This document shows, in pieces, positions 48,819 through 58,592 of a stretch of 64,000 nucleotides of DNA. A program made the position numbers and the translations under genes. Every line of letters starts with the position of its first letter. The first letter of the stretch is position 1. The notes under the pieces are model-generated. The model ran no database searches. It saw nothing but the letters and a program-made list of their open reading frames with translations, and was not told the origin of the DNA. This stretch comes from an uncultured Flavobacteriales bacterium (lineage in GTDB: Bacteria; Bacteroidota; Bacteroidia; Flavobacteriales_G; Salibacteraceae): NCBI GenBank assembly GCA_943788775.1, contig CALSRO010000004.1, positions 1 to 64,000 on the forward strand, given 5' to 3'.

Positions 48819-49255
48819 ATGGACTGGATTGAAATGGGATATGTTGGACTCTTTATTGCCACCTTTTTGGCGGCTACCGTTCTTCCATTCAGTTCAGAAT
48901 TTGTTCTTATCGCATTGATCGCGGCCGGCTCCGACCCGACAGTTTGCTTAATTATTGCCTCATTGGGCAATACACTTGGCGGCATGAGTAGCTATGGTAT
49001 CGGCAGGCTCGGTGACTATGAGCGCATTTCAAAATGGTTGCGCCTCAACCCAGACTCTATTCAGCGCGGGAGCCAAAGATCGACCGATATGGACATTGGT
49101 TAGCCTTGCTTTGCTGGATGCCATTTATTGGAGATCCGATAGCGGTCGCACTTGGGGTGTTCAAAACTCGATGCATTCCAGTTTTAGGATTAATGCTATT
49201 TGGGAAATTTATACGCTATTTTCTACTAATCTATATTCAGCTCAAAACACTGTAA
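48819..49255 (+). pseudogene. YqaA/DedA-related (VTT-domain) inner-membrane protein split across two frames (48819..49103 and 49034..49255)
   Basis: First ORF carries the N-terminal half (GLFIATFLAATVLPFSSEFVLIALIAAG...LGNTLGGMSSYGIGRLG). Second ORF in another frame carries the C-terminal half (RYGHWLALLCWMPFIGDPIAVALG). Junction near AGCCAAAGATCGACC (about 49070-49085). Confidence 0.6.
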
Positions 49256-49308
49256 AATAAGCAAATAACTTTTATCTTCGCGGATTACGCTATTAGGTTC
49301 GGAAATTA

Positions 49309-51130
49309 GTGAGAAGTTTATTTATATCTATTTTATTGGTTCTGTTGACACTGGTTCCCATGGCTCAAACGCGATATTGGGTTTCATATGTAAATGCAAA
49401 TTGGAACAGTGACAATTGGGCAAATTCTTCGAACGGAGCCCCCGATGGAGGTGGCCCACCTACGGCAGCTCAAAACGCTCGTTTTGATGTAAATGGCTCA
49501 GGTAACTGCACCCTTAACATTGCCTTAGATACGGTCACTAATCTTGAGTTAACGAATTATCCCGCCACAATAGAATTTGATGGGAACTCGCTTCGCGCCA
49601 CTGGCACAGTAACCTTGACAAGTGGGGCCTTAGATGACAATTCAGGCGGAAGTGTTCTGACTGTAGTTTCTACTGGTGTGAATACAACCTTCAACGGGCG
49701 GAAACATCTATAATGGCAACACTACTTTCCGAAATTCTGGCACTGGATATCAAATGATACCGAACAATTTAGCTGACGATTTTAATGGCGATTTAACTCT
49801 AGTCAAAACCTCTACGGGTATCATCTACCCATCCTATAGCAGCACCTCGACTGTCGCTGGAAACATCAATTTTGACGCAAATACTGCCATCACAATCGGA
49901 GCAAATTCAGGTCGATTTGAACTGGATGGTACGGGACCTCAAAGTATCAACGACTTAGGAACGAGTACAACTCCAATTTTTAGAAGGTTAGAACTCAACA
50001 ACTCCGCTGACTCTGTTACACTGAACATGCCCATACAAGTGCAAACAGAAATGGCATTTACTGATGGAATTATGAATTCAGACACCATCAATATTCTCGA
50101 GATATTAGATAATTGCTCAGTAACGGGGGCATCCGATGCATCGTTTGTTTATGGCTACGTTTTAAAAACCGGAAATGATGTCTTTGAATTTCCTGTGGGC
50201 GACTCTATTTATCGTCCAATCAGCATTTCCAATCCGAGCAGTGGAGCTGCTCAATTCCGAGCTACTTACAATTATTCCAATCCAGCACCTACTTATACTT
50301 ACGGTGCAATGGACGCTCCCATCGATCACACCAGCACTCGCGAATACTGGATTTTGGACCGAGTAAATACTACGAACAATGTGGACGTTACCTTAACTTG
50401 GGATGTAAACAGCGGAGGCGTTACGGACTTAAGCGAATTACTCGTAGCAAGGTGGGACGGTGATTCATGGACAAGTGAAGGAAACGGTGGTACAACCGGA
50501 AACACGACTGCTGGAACAATAGTTACCGCTGCTGCGGTCACCAACTTCAGTCCATTTACTTTAGCCTCTTCCACAAGCAACAATCCATTGCCCATTGAAC
50601 TTTTATCCTTTGATGCTACTCCATCAGGGGATGATGTAATTATTGAATGGGTAACAGCTACCGAGGTTAATAACGACTACTTTACCGCAGAGCGCAGCGC
50701 AGACGGAATCATATTTGAAGCTATAGAAACTGCAGTTGGAGCTGGAAATTCTATTCGAAAGATTCAATATGAAACCATGGATGCAGATCCGTTAAAAGGA
50801 GTTTCATATTACCGATTGAAACAGACAGATTACGATGGTTCATACTCTTACAGCCAAGTAGAACAAGTTGATTATTCAAGCGAATCGAACACTACTATTT
50901 TTGCCTCAAATGAGGATATCCGAATCAATGCCAGCTCAGAGCACAGCGAGCGAATCGAAATTACCATACGGGATGCCTCTGGCAGAATCGTTCACTCTGA
51001 AACTTGGATGAAATCAATTGGAAAAGACTCATACGCAATCTCACAATCCGTGATAGATGCTGCGGGAGTCTATCTCGTTACACTTCAAGGAGATTTCACC
51101 AATACTACTGAGCGACTATTCCTTCGCTAA
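49309..51130 (+). pseudogene. Secreted T9SS cargo protein (signal peptide, Asn/Thr-rich repeats, type A-like C-terminal sorting domain) split by a frameshift into 49309..49713 and 49682..51130
   Basis: Frame 1 ends ...VNTTFNGRKHL*. Frame 2 is open from 49682 (IQPSTGGNIYNGNTTFRNSGTGYQM...), and both sides share NTTF repeat units. The shift lies in GGGCGGAAAC (about 49696-49705). Confidence 0.55.
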
Positions 51131-54100
51131 GCCATCACTTCCTCAAGCAACCCAATCGCCTTTTCGAGGGAGTTTACGTTATTGAAAACCATGCTTAATC
51201 TATCATTTCGTTCACGCATCTGAACCTTGTTCGCATTTGTTTGAACGTACATAATGACCTTTTCAAACTTGGGCGATTGGTAATAGGTGGAAGACTGATC
51301 TGCCAAGAAATATCCAATCAGCTTTTTCTGTTTGAATACCACCTTTTCCATACCAATATCCTTCCCTGCCCAAATCAATCGTTTAGATTGCAACAGTCTG
51401 TTTACGGCAGGTGGAATGGCGCCAAATCGGTCGATCATGTTTTCTTCAAACTGAGTGAGACCGTCCAAGTCATTAACATCCGCAAGGTTTCGATAAACCG
51501 TCATTCGCTCGGTTACATTGTTGATATAATCATCCGGAATATGAACCTCAATATCCGTTTCTAATTGACAATCACTCACGTACTGCTTGTCCTTTTCCTC
51601 CTCGAACAAATCCTTAAACTCATTTTCTTTCAATTCTGCGATGGCCTCTTCCAGGATCTTTTGGTAGGTATCATATCCTATGTCGGATATAAATCCACTC
51701 TGCTCGCCACCCAGCAAATTTCCAGCACCGCGTATGTCCAAATCGCGCATGGCGATGTTGATTCCACTGCCCAAATCGCTGAATTGTTCCACTGCCTGAA
51801 GTCGCTTTCGTGCCTCATTAGTCAGGGTGGACATAGGAGGGCAAAGCAAATAACAAAACGCCTTTCTGTTAGAACGTCCCACTCGACCCCGCATTTGGTG
51901 GAGATCACTTAATCCAAAGTTCTGAGCCTGATTGATGATGATGGTATTGGCATTCGGAATATCGAGGCCACTTTCGATGATGGTCGTAGAAACCAACACA
52001 TCAAATTCTCCTTCAATGAATCGAAGCATAATGTCTTCCAACTGTTTACCATCCAACTGACCATGTGCAAATTCCACAGTGGCCTCGGGCACAATCTTCT
52101 TGATCATAGCACAGACATCCCCTATATTTTGAACTCGATTGTGAATGAAGAATATTTGTCCGTCTCTGCTCAGCTCGGAATAAATGGCATCTCGGATAAT
52201 GGCTTCGTTGAAGGTATGCAGTTCGGTTTGAACAGGAAATCGGTTGGGTGGCGGAGTGTTGATCAAACTCAAATCACGAGCCCCCATCAATGAAAACTGA
52301 AGTGTTCTAGGTATTGGGGTCGCTGTGAGTGTCAACGTATCCACATTGATTTTTATCGTCTTCAGCTTATCCTTTACACCTACTCCGAACTTTTGCTCCT
52401 CATCAATGATCAGTAATCCAAGGTCCGCGAATTTGATGTCTTTACTGACCAAGCGGTGTGTTCCGATGAGGATGTCCACCTTGCCTTCTGCCAAGCGCTT
52501 TAAGGTCTCCTTTTGTTGCGCTGTGGATCGAAATCGATTTATGTAATCGACCGTTACAGGGAAATCTTCTAGGCGTTTTTTAAATGTCTTGTAGTGCTGT
52601 AAGGTAAGGATGGTGGTTGGCGCCAGCACTGCGACTTGCTTACCATCAGTTGCTGCTTTGAATGCTGCTCGAACAGCAACCTCCGTTTTTCCAAAACCTA
52701 CGTCACCACAAACCAATCGATCCATGGGCCAAGACTTTTCCATGTCAGCCTTAACGGCATTTGTGGCCTTCTCCTGATCTGGCGTGTCTTCATAAATGAA
52801 GGAGGATTCTAACTCTGTCTGCAAGTAGGTATCAGGAGAAAAAGCAAAACCTTCTTTCAGCTTACGCTCCGCGTACAATTTGATTAAATCATAAGCTATT
52901 TCCTTGACCTTTTTCTTGGTCTTATTCTTCAGATTCGCCCATGCCTGGGTGCCAAGTTTGTTGATTTTTGGCGTTGTGCCGTCCTTGCCAACGTATTTCG
53001 ATATGCGGTGCAAAGAATGAATGCTAACGTAGAGTGTGTCACCGCCTGAGTATATCAATCGAATGGCCTCCTGCATTTGTCCGTTGACTTCAATCTTTTG
53101 AATTCCTGAATACTCCCCAACTCCATGGTCAATGTGCACCACAAAATCGCCAGGTTGTAGGTTGGTCAGTTCGTTGATCGTGATTTGTCGTTCTGCCTCC
53201 GCAAATCCTTCCTTCAGTCGATAGCGGTGATATCGTTCAAATACTTGGTGGTCTGTGTAGCAAACAAGCTTTAAATCATGGTCAATGAAACCCTCATGAA
53301 TAGCAGTGTTAATTCCTTCAAAATCGAAGGGGTTATCAATGCCGTCACGATTCTTGAGAATGTCATGAAATATTTGATGTAAGCGGGTTATTTGTTTTGG
53401 ATTCGATGCAAAAAGATAGTTGCTAAACCCATTGTGCTGATGGTTCGTGAAGTCCTTGATCAGCATATCAAAGTTCTTATTAAACGGAACTTGGGGTGAC
53501 TGATTAAACTGAATTTCTACATCTGGTTTGATGATGGACGGACGGTCAAATTCAACCTGCGTGAACCTTTGTAATTGCTCCACATAAGCGTCCTCAGATA
53601 AAAACAGTTGATCTGGTTCAACGTGTTTGATTCCGCTTTGTCCTTCATAAACTTCTTCTACGGTTTTAAAAGCCTTGGCCACTCGCTCTTGTATGAAATC
53701 AGAGTTTTTCAGCCAGATAACTGTATCGTCCGGTATGTATTCAAGCAACGACTGACGTACCTCTTTCATGGCCTGCTTCTGCACATCAGGAATTATGGAA
53801 ATGTGTCCATGTTCCTTCACGCTGAGCTGAGTCACAGGATCGAATGTTCGCAAACTGTCTACTTCATCACCAAACAACTCAACACGATATGGCCGATCGT
53901 TTGAGTAGCTCCAAATATCAATGATGCCACCGCGAATGGCATAATGACCCGGTTGATAGAGAAAATCTACTCGCTCAAACTCCAACTCTTGGAGCATATC
54001 ATTCACAAAATCTTGATCGAGTGCGTCACCTGTATGTATGGCCAGTGTGTTTTTGACCAGGTTTTGCTTCGTCACCACCTTTTCCGTCAGCGATTCGCAA

Positions 54101-54498
54101 TAGGCCACTATGACAAAGTTTCGTTTTCGGGTGTTGATGGCATTGAGGACCTCGGCCCGCATCAACATGCTTTCACTTTCTCGTTTTCGAGGCGACATCT
54201 CCTCAGCATCTCCCGTCTCATAGGGTTTACGACCACTATGCGGGAAAAAGAAAACGCGATTTGGACTGATTAGATTTTGAAGATCGTTGTAGAAAAAGGC
54301 CGCTTCTTCACGATCGTTGAAAATCATTAAGTGGTGAACCTCACTTTTTTTGAATGCGGCAGCGGCCACAAAGCTCAAAGCGGAACCAACCACCCCTTTT
54401 AATCTGTGACGAATGGGCGTAGCGAGGTCAGGCCCAAAATCGAATTCCCCGATTTTTGGACTTTTCTCAAACAGCTTCTTTAAATCGTCAATTCCCAC
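51127..54498 (-). CDS. mfd: Transcription-repair coupling factor
   Basis: 1123 aa. UvrB-homology N-terminal domains, RNAP-interaction domain, SF2 translocase motifs (GDVGFGKTEVA, DEEQKFGV) and C-terminal TRCF domain. Confidence 0.93.
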   Translation of the reverse strand: MGIDDLKKLFEKSPKIGEFDFGPDLATPIRHRLKGVVGSALSFVAAAAFKKSEVHHLMIFNDREEAAFFYNDLQNLISPNRVFFFPHSGRKPYETGDAEEMSPRKRESESMLMRAEVLNAINTRKRNFVIVAYCESLTEKVVTKQNLVKNTLAIHTGDALDQDFVNDMLQELEFERVDFLYQPGHYAIRGGIIDIWSYSNDRPYRVELFGDEVDSLRTFDPVTQLSVKEHGHISIIPDVQKQAMKEVRQSLLEYIPDDTVIWLKNSDFIQERVAKAFKTVEEVYEGQSGIKHVEPDQLFLSEDAYVEQLQRFTQVEFDRPSIIKPDVEIQFNQSPQVPFNKNFDMLIKDFTNHQHNGFSNYLFASNPKQITRLHQIFHDILKNRDGIDNPFDFEGINTAIHEGFIDHDLKLVCYTDHQVFERYHRYRLKEGFAEAERQITINELTNLQPGDFVVHIDHGVGEYSGIQKIEVNGQMQEAIRLIYSGGDTLYVSIHSLHRISKYVGKDGTTPKINKLGTQAWANLKNKTKKKVKEIAYDLIKLYAERKLKEGFAFSPDTYLQTELESSFIYEDTPDQEKATNAVKADMEKSWPMDRLVCGDVGFGKTEVAVRAAFKAATDGKQVAVLAPTTILTLQHYKTFKKRLEDFPVTVDYINRFRSTAQQKETLKRLAEGKVDILIGTHRLVSKDIKFADLGLLIIDEEQKFGVGVKDKLKTIKINVDTLTLTATPIPRTLQFSLMGARDLSLINTPPPNRFPVQTELHTFNEAIIRDAIYSELSRDGQIFFIHNRVQNIGDVCAMIKKIVPEATVEFAHGQLDGKQLEDIMLRFIEGEFDVLVSTTIIESGLDIPNANTIIINQAQNFGLSDLHQMRGRVGRSNRKAFCYLLCPPMSTLTNEARKRLQAVEQFSDLGSGINIAMRDLDIRGAGNLLGGEQSGFISDIGYDTYQKILEEAIAELKENEFKDLFEEEKDKQYVSDCQLETDIEVHIPDDYINNVTERMTVYRNLADVNDLDGLTQFEENMIDRFGAIPPAVNRLLQSKRLIWAGKDIGMEKVVFKQKKLIGYFLADQSSTYYQSPKFEKVIMYVQTNANKVQMRERNDRLSMVFNNVNSLEKAIGLLEEVMA

Positions 54499-54591
54499 AG
54501 TTCAGTCGCGATTGCGAATGTAGGTTTCTACATGATTTTATCTAGTGATCTATAAAGAGATTACCTAACTTAGTCTCGAACTCCCATCACT

Positions 54592-57015
54592 ATGAAATTA
54601 CCTGCTCTGCTCCTTTTCCTAAGCTCCATTTGGATAACAACATATGGACAATCGATCATTTACGTGGATGCAAACAACACCGGCACCCAAAATGGACAGA
54701 GTTGGAGTACCGCTTTTTCAGATTTGCAAGGTGCACTAACAACAAGTACTGCTGGCGACAGCATATTTGTGGCAGATGGCGATTACTATCCAAACAGTGA
54801 ACTCGCAGGCAGCACAGACCCAAGGGACAAAGCTTTTCTAATACCAAGCGGAGTTGCTCTCTTCGGAGGATTTGTTGGCAACGAATCTTCCATTACTGAT
54901 CGGTCACTAGATTCAATGTCCCTGCACGTGACAAACCGAACTCGATTGAGTGGTGACATTGGCACCTTAAACGACCCCACGGACAATTGTTATCATGTAA
55001 TCGTATCTATTCTATCTTCCAATTCTACCTTAATAGATGGGTTCACCATATCTGACGCCAATGCAAATGGGCAAGATTCCATTGTTGTTAATGGGGTGGA
55101 TGTATTCAGAAAGTATGGAGGAGGTCTAAACCTGACAACTAGTTTTTTAACCCTTGCAAACTGCGTTGTTCGAGACAATGTTGCTAGCCGAGGCGGTGGA
55201 GGCATCAACAACAATGACAGCGACCCAAACATTGAGACCAGCACCTTTTATTTTAACAGTGTGATTTGGAACGATGACCAAGACCCAAATTCAGGTGGCG
55301 GTGCCATGCGCAACGATGCAAGCCATCCAAACATCTATCAAACTGCATTTAAGGGTAATGATTGCTATGCAGCTCAAGGAGGTGGTGCCATTCGAAATGA
55401 AAATGCCAGTAATCCCACTTTTGACCATTCAAGGATTAGGGATAATTCTACCACATTTGGCGGTGACGGTGGGGCTGGCATGTACAATGCTACAGGGAGC
55501 GCACCCATCATTTCAAATTGCAAATTCCTATCAAACTCTACACCTGAGCAAGGTGGGGCCATGTACAATGATAACAGTACCCCCATTGTTTCGAATAGTT
55601 TGTTCCAATCAAACATAGGCGTTGGTGGAGCTGGAGCGATTGAATCCGATGGAGGTAGCCATATGGAATTATTGAATTGCGAGTTCTTTTCAAATTCGAC
55701 CGATGGAGACGGTGGGGCGCTACAAAATTGGAAAAGCAGTCCAAGCATAAACGAATGCCTTTTTGTAGGCAATCATGCCGATGGAGACGGTGGGGCGATA
55801 TTCAACTATAACGAATGCAGTCCGTGGATATCGAATTCCACATTTCGCAATAATTCGTGCGATGAAAATGGTGGTGCGATCTACAACCGAAGAGATTGCA
55901 ATCCTGTTCTGACTCAATTGCTCGTCTATGACAACTATGCCGGAAATGATGGTGGCGGCATATACACAATCACCAGTAATAGCGCTCCGTGTAGCCCAAT
56001 AGCGACCAACGTAACCATTGTTCAAAACGAGGCGGGCAACAGCGGTGGTGGTGCCTTTGATGACGGCATTGGAAGTTCTCGATTAAAGAACTCCATCGTT
56101 TTGGGAAACATCGCACAAAGCAACAACGAAATTGACGCTCCGGCAGCATCGGCCGTTACGAATGTCTTTTACAGCATCATCGGCACGGAATACTACACTT
56201 TTGGCTCAAACACTCCTACGACCTACTCGGGCAGCGTTTTTATCGACCCAAACAATGATGATTTCCATCTGGTTTCAAGCAGTCCTGGACTAAACGCAGG
56301 TGATAGCAGCTATTACGCCAGTTCCGCTACGCCAAACTTGAGCGCAATTACTGAAGACATGGACGGCAATCTAAGAGTGATGGGGTCAAACATTGATTTA
56401 GGTGCCTATGAAGTGTGTCCAGACACGCTGATTCCTGAAGTGAGCATTACGGTAGCACCCAGCGATTCCGTGGCGGACAGCACGATTGTGACCTTCTCAT
56501 CCAATGCAAACGTCACATCCATTACCCAATATCAATGGCTGAAAAATGGATCGGCTATATCAGGTGCAACCGATTCTGCGTATGTGGCCCAAGCCAATGT
56601 AGATTTTGTAGATGGCGATTTGATTTCATTAAAAATGGAATCCAACGAACAATGTGTAGTAGCCAACGCCATCACATTTAGCAATGAAATTGAAATGATG
56701 GTATATGCCATTGCCGACACAACCGACACCACAAACAATGATACCATCATTGGAATTTGGGAAAACTCAAATACAGCTGAATTTCATGTATATCCGAATC
56801 CAACGAACACTGGAATGGTAACCTTTGAATCCGATGAAGACCACGTTTTTGAAGTTTCCATCTTTGACCTCACCGGTAGAATGGTATTTGCAGAAACCGC
56901 TTCTGCAAGAATTCATCACATAAATGTTTCGAATCTACAACCAAGCACTTATGCCGTTTCAGTGAAGCACAGTGACGGATCTGTATCCACAAAGCGGTTG
57001 ATTATTACTCGCTAA
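54592..57015 (+). CDS. Secreted right-handed parallel beta-helix repeat protein (pectin-lyase-fold) with type A T9SS C-terminal sorting domain
   Basis: 807 aa. Signal peptide, many GGGA...N.....F.N PbH1-like repeats, C-terminal HVYPNPTNTGMVTFE...SIFDLTGRMV...YAVSV. Confidence 0.8.
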   Translation: MKLPALLLFLSSIWITTYGQSIIYVDANNTGTQNGQSWSTAFSDLQGALTTSTAGDSIFVADGDYYPNSELAGSTDPRDKAFLIPSGVALFGGFVGNESSITDRSLDSMSLHVTNRTRLSGDIGTLNDPTDNCYHVIVSILSSNSTLIDGFTISDANANGQDSIVVNGVDVFRKYGGGLNLTTSFLTLANCVVRDNVASRGGGGINNNDSDPNIETSTFYFNSVIWNDDQDPNSGGGAMRNDASHPNIYQTAFKGNDCYAAQGGGAIRNENASNPTFDHSRIRDNSTTFGGDGGAGMYNATGSAPIISNCKFLSNSTPEQGGAMYNDNSTPIVSNSLFQSNIGVGGAGAIESDGGSHMELLNCEFFSNSTDGDGGALQNWKSSPSINECLFVGNHADGDGGAIFNYNECSPWISNSTFRNNSCDENGGAIYNRRDCNPVLTQLLVYDNYAGNDGGGIYTITSNSAPCSPIATNVTIVQNEAGNSGGGAFDDGIGSSRLKNSIVLGNIAQSNNEIDAPAASAVTNVFYSIIGTEYYTFGSNTPTTYSGSVFIDPNNDDFHLVSSSPGLNAGDSSYYASSATPNLSAITEDMDGNLRVMGSNIDLGAYEVCPDTLIPEVSITVAPSDSVADSTIVTFSSNANVTSITQYQWLKNGSAISGATDSAYVAQANVDFVDGDLISLKMESNEQCVVANAITFSNEIEMMVYAIADTTDTTNNDTIIGIWENSNTAEFHVYPNPTNTGMVTFESDEDHVFEVSIFDLTGRMVFAETASARIHHINVSNLQPSTYAVSVKHSDGSVSTKRLIITR

Positions 57016-57027
57016 CTTTGAAGATCA

Positions 57028-57174
57028 ATGAACGATCGAAAGCATAAGGCAACTTTGGAGGAAAACATATACGAGCAACGCTTTCGCATGCTTATGAAGT
57101 TGATTCGAATCGATCAAATGCTGAAAGGAGTAAAAATCACCCACAAGAAAATTCCGGATAATGGACATTCTTGA
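57028..57174 (+). CDS. Small ORF (48 aa, MNDRKHKATLEENIYEQRFRMLMKLIRIDQMLKGVKITHKKIPDNGHS) overlapping the next gene by 14 nt. Candidate partner or antitoxin-like component, or the N-terminus of the next gene if an indel is present
   Basis: Not in the ORF track (below 60 aa). Translated by hand from the ATG at 57028. Protein-like helical, amphipathic composition. Confidence 0.35.
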   Translation: MNDRKHKATLEENIYEQRFRMLMKLIRIDQMLKGVKITHKKIPDNGHS

Positions 57175-57637
57175 TGACGAAATGCTTGGACTTTGGAAAT
57201 CGCTAAGCCAAAACCAAGTACGATATATCATGGTAGGTGGATTTGCTACAAACCTTCACGGTTTCTCGAGAACAACAGCCGACTTGGATTTATGGATTGA
57301 TGACACCGAAGAAAACCGAAGAAATCTGATCCACGCATTGTCTGATATTGGCTTATCAAACCTGGAATCGCTTATTGATACTCAATTGATCCCAGGCTGG
57401 ACAAGCATCAAACTAGATTCGACCTTTGAGTTGGATATCATGACCTCATTAAAGGGGTTTGAATCAGGGGATTTTAACAACTGCTATAATTTGGCCGCTG
57501 AAGCAGAAATTCAAGACATTTCCATTCGTTTTTTGCACTTGAATCATCTGATTAAAAGCAAAGAAGCCTCAGGGAGGCCCAAAGATCAAATTGACCTGAT
57601 TGAATTAAAAAAGATTCGAGACCAATCTAACCAATAG
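57161..57637 (+). CDS. Nucleotidyltransferase-fold protein (Pol-beta superfamily, AbiEii-like GG...D.D motif)
   Basis: 158 aa. YIMVGGFATNLHGFSRTTADLDLWID matches the hG[GS]x9-13DhD nucleotidyltransferase signature of the AbiEii / minimal-nucleotidyltransferase toxin class. Confidence 0.6.
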   Translation: MDILDDEMLGLWKSLSQNQVRYIMVGGFATNLHGFSRTTADLDLWIDDTEENRRNLIHALSDIGLSNLESLIDTQLIPGWTSIKLDSTFELDIMTSLKGFESGDFNNCYNLAAEAEIQDISIRFLHLNHLIKSKEASGRPKDQIDLIELKKIRDQSNQ

Positions 57638-58589
57638 CCTCATCCATCATAACGGGACTACCCACATAAAACGGACAACGTTGATGCAATTCAGTTGGCT
57701 CTATCTCTAAAATATCTTGTGTTCCATCCGAACCCTTCCCGCCTGCGTTCACAGCAAGAAAGGACATGGGGTTACACTCATACAAGAGTCTCAATTTCCC
57801 CTTGGGCGAGTCCACCGTGGCTGGATAAACATAGATGCCGCCCTTCAGCAGGTTGCGATGAAAGTCTGCGACTAAGGATCCAATATACCTCCCGGTGTAC
57901 ATGCGCTTGCCATCGGCCTTTCGCTTGTCTTTACAGTGCTGGGCGTAGCGTTTTAGATTGTCGTCAAAGTCATCCAAATTCACTTCGTTGATGGAATATA
58001 CTTTACCATCGGCTGGGAATTGGACGTTCTCATTGATCAATCGATATTCGCCCGACTTTGGATCAAGCGTAAAAATGTGCGTTCCATTTCCAGTGGACAA
58101 CACCAGCTGCGTACTTACGCTATAATTCACATAGCCGGCTGCCACTTGGTGTTTTCCAGCCTGCAGAAAATCTCCGTCTTCCAATTCTGAACCGTTGTCT
58201 GAAATACGCTTGTAGATTGCAAAAATGGTCCCGATGGCCACATTCACATCAATGTTAGATGAGCCATCTAATGGATCTATCATGATGATGTAATCGCCAT
58301 TTAAAGATTCGTCAAATTGCAACGCATTGTCCTGTTCTTCGCTGGCTAGTCCTGCCACTTGTCCGCAAGCACGAAATTCTTTGATGAAGCATTCATCGGC
58401 ATAGACGTCCAACTTCTGTTGTTCCTCGCCTTGAATGTTTTCAGATCCCTTGGCGCCAAATATGTCCGCTCCCAAACCCGCTCTGCTCACCTCACCCTGC
58501 ACAATTTTCGATGCGGTTTCTATCGCTCCGAAAACAGATACCAACGCGGTTCCTACTCCCTTTTCTGCCAAGAATTTCTTTAGCTCCAT
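57627..58589 (-). CDS. fbp: Fructose-1,6-bisphosphatase class I
   Basis: 320 aa. Near full-length similarity to E. coli Fbp, including DPLDGSSNID, GKRMYTGRYIGSLVADFHRNLLKGGIY and LRLLYECNPMSFL. Confidence 0.92.
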   Translation of the reverse strand: MELKKFLAEKGVGTALVSVFGAIETASKIVQGEVSRAGLGADIFGAKGSENIQGEEQQKLDVYADECFIKEFRACGQVAGLASEEQDNALQFDESLNGDYIIMIDPLDGSSNIDVNVAIGTIFAIYKRISDNGSELEDGDFLQAGKHQVAAGYVNYSVSTQLVLSTGNGTHIFTLDPKSGEYRLINENVQFPADGKVYSINEVNLDDFDDNLKRYAQHCKDKRKADGKRMYTGRYIGSLVADFHRNLLKGGIYVYPATVDSPKGKLRLLYECNPMSFLAVNAGGKGSDGTQDILEIEPTELHQRCPFYVGSPVMMDEAIG

Positions 58590-58592
58590 CGC

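Noticed and set aside
55374-56025. Several 60-130 aa antisense or out-of-frame ORFs inside the beta-helix T9SS gene (similar ones occur inside the 1311-aa gene, purF, mfd, pheT, PaaZ and others)
   Set aside because: They are embedded in long genes with clear family similarity on the other frame or strand. They are low-complexity translations typical of shadow ORFs.
57028-57174. Treating the 48-aa ORF confidently as an antitoxin
   Set aside because: There is no recognisable antitoxin fold or DNA-binding motif by eye, and an indel-split single gene cannot be excluded. Left as a candidate.
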